Made by a program: the position numbers and the translations under genes. Shown here piece by piece: positions 59,040 to 64,000 of a DNA stretch of 64,000 nt. The notes under the pieces are model-generated. The model saw only the letters and a list, made by a program, of their open reading frames with translations. It did no database searches and was not told the DNA's origin. The stretch lies in NCBI RefSeq assembly GCF_009914755.1, contig NC_060937.1; one strand, 5' to 3'. Position 1 is the stretch's first letter. Each line of letters opens with the position of its first letter. Origin of the DNA: the human T2T-CHM13v2.0 reference genome, Homo sapiens.

Positions 59040-61437
59040 CACTTAATTTTTCATTCATTACTTCACTTCAGGGATTGTTTACCACATTTGTTCATTCATT
59101 TATCTAATTCACTCATTCAGTTAGCATCTATGAAACGTGAATGAGACACTGTTGATATCATTGGGTCCATGGGGCCTAAGGGCTATTTCCATAATGTGTG
59201 CTCAACAAATACCCGTGGAGTAAATAACCCACTCTCTTACCCAGTCCTGATTTTCATTATCTGTGAGCTGGAAAGCTAGTTGCTATGAAACAGAACAAAG
59301 GTAGCTGCAAAAAGATGTTTTCCGACATCCTGATATAATGACCCTGACTCTGCCTCAGTTAAATACAAATCCCTTCTGTCTAGCTGAGATCTCAGTATAT
59401 GTGTCCACCAAGTGGCCTCACGGGAAAAGCAGGAACCCTGAGGAATAGAAGTGGTGATATTTGTGCCTGAAAGCGTCTGCCTTTCACTGTGAATGAAGCA
59501 TGAGGCAGTGTCATCTGCTGAGAGAAAGGAAATGTCATCAGGGAGGTTGGGGCTTAAGGAAGAGGGAAGAATCCCTGGGAAGAAAGCAAGAGGCTGTTCC
59601 CTGGAGAATCGCCAAAGGATAGCTTTGAGCATTTCACTGAGATTGGAGACCAAAAGTATGTGGTGACAACGACCTGTGATTTCCTCCAACAACATTCAGT
59701 ACCTGCTTCAAGGGACAGAAAAGGCCAGTTTTACATTAACCATGGTCAGAACACAGCAGGGTGATACCACTGGCAGAAATGAAGGCCCAGGCAGGAGAAC
59801 AGTTTGAGAGATGCTCCCTCGTTTCTAGCCAGGGATGGAATAGAAGGAAGCGAAGCAATGAGGGGAATGGGAGCTTGGGAACCAAAGGACTCGCTGGGCA
59901 TGGTGGGTAAAAGCTGGAGATCCAAAAGGCTGTGGTCACAGGTTATTTTCATATTGACCTTTGCAACTTCAGAAATGAAGTTGTTCTTGGTGAGAATGAA
60001 GTTGAGGATGGATAGCTCATGTAGAATAGAAGTAAAAGTGAAACGTTAAGGAGACCAAGTTAAAGTCTGGATGGATTCTTCACCAGAATATTAATACTAT
60101 CTATAATTATGGCAGGAGTTCTGGAAGCCAGGCCTTCTGTGAATTAGATGGCAAAATCTTCAATAAATGAAGGTTGATAGGATGGGGAGAGTGGGATAGT
60201 CACACAGCCATGAAACTCAAAAACATAGAAAAATGCAGGGAATTTTGCCCCTTAGTAAAGTTTAATTGGTTTATAGTTTGGTTCATTCTGTAAAGCAGCT
60301 TATCTATTTAATAACTCAGGAAGCATAAGCATGGTTGGTAAATATATCAAAACTATGTAAATTCAGAAATAAATACTTAGAAAAAGCTTACAGTTTTATT
60401 CTGTGGTTTTCTAATGAAAGGCAATTTACCAGCCATTATGCATTTCCTATCTCATTTGAAAATAACACAGACTGACATTTTACTAATTCATTATGACTGA
60501 TCAAAATCATATTTTGTTTTATCTAAGGTTTGGATAGCATTTAAGTGTTGTACTGGGATGCTTGTTTAGAAGGATTATGCCCAAGATTAATTTTTTAAAT
60601 GACTGGATGTGAACATGTTCTCTTTCTGCACCACTTCTCATTCAACTTAGAATGCAAAGTACAAATCTTATTGCAACCTAACAAAATTCCTTGAGAGTTA
60701 AGAGTCTGGTTTCAAAACTGAGAAAATGTCATACAGAGTGTTTTAAACTTAAAGCAAAAGGATAGTGTGTGAATTCAAAGCGATAACGGTAAATGCTAGA
60801 CATTAGCAAGTCTTTACTTCCTCGTCAAATACATGAGGAAGTGTAATCTATAGAACCTCATTATCTCTAGTTTGTGAGAAAGGCCATGGAGGAAACTACC
60901 ACCTCCATCATTTATACCCCTTTAAATTCTCAAAAGTATCTCTTGACTTACCTACATAATAATTAGGTTGCTATTGAGACATGTTTGTTCTCAACCAGGC
61001 GATGACCAGGGAGGATCAAGGCCGACAGCTATATTCCCAAGGTATAAAGCGCAGGAGGGATGCAGCAAAGAAAGCCCCTTGAATTTAAGTCAGGGCATTT
61101 CGGTTGGGGGTGGGCAGCTTTGGGGAGTAATGGGACCAGGAAGAAGGAAGGGTTGTAGGACAGAAGGGTTGGATGGTGACCTGGTTCTGGCTGGTGCTCT
61201 CAGGGTTTCCACAGGCCTATCCTAAAGTCAAGGATAGGCCCTTGACCATACCAGTCTTCCCAGGTGATAACATTATACTCCCATGCTTCAGCCACAAGCC
61301 CAACCCCACTCCTGCCCTTCTAGGCAAGTTTCCTTCTCATCCATTACATGCCAGGGATGTCACTCTCATGAATAATTTCACAGAATATATTAGTTGTGTC
61401 CTATGTATACTAAATGTAAAATGTCTCTTAGGCCTCA

Positions 61438-62622
61438 ACCCCTTTCTATAAATTGGGACAATAACTCCCCACTGCACTTTCTGCTACTCTCCACTGGACA
61501 GACAGTTGCAGCTTTTTGTGCAGTGCCAGCCGCATTCATGTAACACCATTGTAAAGGTTGAAGTCAATAGATTTGGCAGTATTAGGTGTCTGGTTACAGG
61601 GCTCCTTTCAACACTGGCAAAATGAACATTATTGCCACCAATGATCCCTTCATTGTTTTCAACTACATGGTCCTCATGTTCCAAGTTGATTCCACTATGT
61701 CAAGTTCAATGGAATCTTTAAGGATAGGAATGGGACGCTCATCATCAGTGGGAAGCCCATTTCTATCTTCCAGGAAACAGGTCCCACCAACCTCCAATGG
61801 GGTGATGTTGGTATGGGGGCCCCTGGTGTCATCACTATCTTCAAGAAGATTGGGGTTCACTTAAAGGTGAAGTCACAAAAGTCCTCATCGCTGCTTCTTC
61901 TGCTGATTCCCCCATGTGTGCAAGGAGAGTGAACCATGAGAAACATAAGCATTCCCTCAAGACTATCAGCAACAACACCTGAACCACCAACTGTGCAGCC
62001 CTCCTCCCCAAGAACATCCATGGAACTCTCCCAGCAGGGAGGACCTCACTGTTATAAACAATGCCATCAGTGCCACTCACAGACTGTGGATGGTCCTTCT
62101 GGCAAACCATGGTGCAGTGGTCATCGTGCTGCCCAGAGCAGCATCCTCACCATCACTGGCACGGCCAAGACTGTCATGAATCTGACTTGCCACCTTGAGA
62201 ACATTGCCAAGTACAATGACATCAAGAATGTGGTGAAGCAGGTGATGGGGGCTTCCGAAGAGCCTCCTGAGCAACATTGAAGACTAGATTGTCTCCCATG
62301 ACTCTAATAGTGTAACGCTGTGGATGCAGGGCCTGGCTTCACCCTCAATGACCACTTTGTTAAGCTTTTTAGTATGAATTTGATTATAGTAATCAGGTCT
62401 CCCAAGGAGTAAGATAGCCTTGTTTCAAGGCTATTGAAACAAGTCCAATAGCCTTGAGGTACAAAGAGAGAGAGATTCCATCACTGGGAAGTCTTTGCCT
62501 TGCCTCCACCCCCCAATACACTGAGAAACTCCCATCCTCAACACAGTTTCCACTCCAAGCCCCTGAAAAACCCTACCTTGTCGTGTACCATCAGGACCAT
62601 TAATACCATACTCTACACTCAG
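61438..62622 (+). pseudogene. Old GAPDH processed pseudogene (possibly the copy named GAPDHP34; not verified)
   Basis: Intronless GAPDH homology through the 5'UTR, the CDS relic (dead start ATT at 61548; fragments such as NDPFI.FNYMV.MFQ.DST and AKYNDIKNVVKQ; aaggagTAA at 62410-62412) and the 3'UTR; many indels and stops. Confidence 0.93.
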
Positions 62623-63149
62623 ATGAGGGAAATCTACATGAGCTCCCCACTGAGAATCACTTCTGAGCTCTCTAGTATGGCCTATCCCTTCCTAGTTAAT
62701 CTCAGGTCTTCTGTCCTCACCACTAACCACTTATCCAACCCAGCACCATATATATCAGCCATACTGGGCTATTTGCTGTATTTTATCAACTCTGCGTTGG
62801 TGACTACTGTTGCCCTTGTTCTAATGTTCTTTCTCTCATACTGGCAAGCCTGATAAATGATAGATAATCTTGAAAATGGGGTAGTGGAGAAAGGCCTTGA
62901 TAATAAGAAGTTAGTAGCATGTAATTACCCACGGATAAGTAAATCACTGATGATTGTTGGTTGTGAAATAGCTAAACACATGATGCTACCTGAGAGACAT
63001 GACCCAAATGTCACTTTTTCTCCAGTGTTTTCTCGGCCCTATTTCTCCACCTCCCCCAAAAATATCTTCCTGCCAAAATTAATTATTTCTTCCTCTACTT
63101 TCGTGAGAAAACCAAGGCCATCATTTATGAGTTCTTTCATTTTCCATTC

Positions 63150-64000
63150 TCATTTCTTTTTTTAATGGTTCTTCAAATTGTGTTTCTTAATTTTACAATG
63201 CACCATTTCTTCCATGCAATGGACGAAAATCTGATACTGAACCACAGAGCATTGCAGTTGTGCCCAACCATAGAGCATTGCAGTTGTGCCCAAAGGCTGT
63301 GGTAACAGAAGGGTGACTTAAAGCAAAGTATTGGCAGAAGGTTAAGCACAGGGCCTGGTAAATGCCTGTCAGGGGCAGATGCGTAAGAAGTGTCCTCAAT
63401 TCCCCTTTGTAGGACCTCACAGCCATGCTGAGTTCTCTTGGGTTCTTCAGGTGGAAGGGGTTCTATAAACTTCTTTACACCGACATAAGGCCTACCCCCA
63501 ATATTTGTCTGATTTTTTTCACCTCATCCTCCACCCTAGCCATCTCATCAAATTCTCTGATCATCTTCCCATTGCTCAAATGCATATCATGTATGGCCTT
63601 CTTATATTCCTTGAGGCATGAGCCAGCCCCCGGTTGGCTTTCTTTTGGCTTTCCTGGGTACAATGTCCTCAGTGGGGGGCTTCCCTGCAGCCTTTGTTTC
63701 CCCCTCTGACTCTCCTCCTTTTGGCTTTCCTTTGCTCTCTGGCTTCTCCTTATTCTTTAGCATTTTCCTCATCTTCCGCCTTTCTCTTGTTTTCTATCTT
63801 TCCATCATTTTCTAATTTTTCCTGGTTTTCCAGGGTACAAGCTGCTTCCAGGTTTCCTTCCTCCTGTGCTTGTTCTTCATTTTCCCTTTCCTTGGTTCAC
63901 AGGCTTTCCTTCATTGTCATGGTAGAGTTTTTCCATGTTGAGGCTTCCTCTCTCTTTCCTTATCTGTGGGGATTGGGGACAGGTTCTGCCTTTCTGTCTA
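63150..64000 (-). pseudogene. TCEAL4/TCEAL2-like pseudogene (possibly TCEAL4P1; not verified); CDS relic 63936 to about 63377
   Basis: Minus strand reads MEKLYHDNEGKPVNQGK...ACTLENQEKLENDGK...VPRKAKRK...LKEYKKAIHDMHLSNGKMIREFDEMARVEDE, with frameshifts; A-rich end near 63150-63165. Confidence 0.88.
63241..63293. repeat. 26-bp tandem duplication in the TCEAL-like 3'UTR
   Basis: acca(c/t)agagcattgcagttgtgccca twice. Confidence 0.9.

Noticed and set aside
60960-61430. Possible old LTR upstream of the GAPDH copy
   Set aside because: I could not assign ends or a family by eye; needs a Dfam search

Overview
This is primate, almost certainly human, genomic DNA: about 40% GC, CpG-poor and dense in Alu, L1, L2, MIR, LTR and DNA-transposon relics. 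The one real protein-coding feature is the terminal exon of SERTM1 (+ strand). It has a splice acceptor at 16414-16415, a 107-aa single-TM CDS at 16589-16912, and a 3'UTR of about 2.4 kb ending near AATAAA at 19324. Bases 1-16415 are probably its intron, with the promoter upstream of the window. Downstream lie a deleted MER61 ERV1 provirus, three separate 5'-inverted L1 insertions, nested LTR/Alu insertions and a strong CTCF motif. Two tail-to-tail retrocopies close the window: GAPDH (+) and TCEAL4/2-like (-). I do not see a wholly new biological system. The best oddities are a GAPDH retrocopy that appears to carry the parental TATA box, two uORFs and a consensus 3'UTR splice donor in SERTM1, fold-back repair scars, and an ancestral-looking TCEAL copy. 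All family assignments come from recalled consensus sequences, not from database searches.
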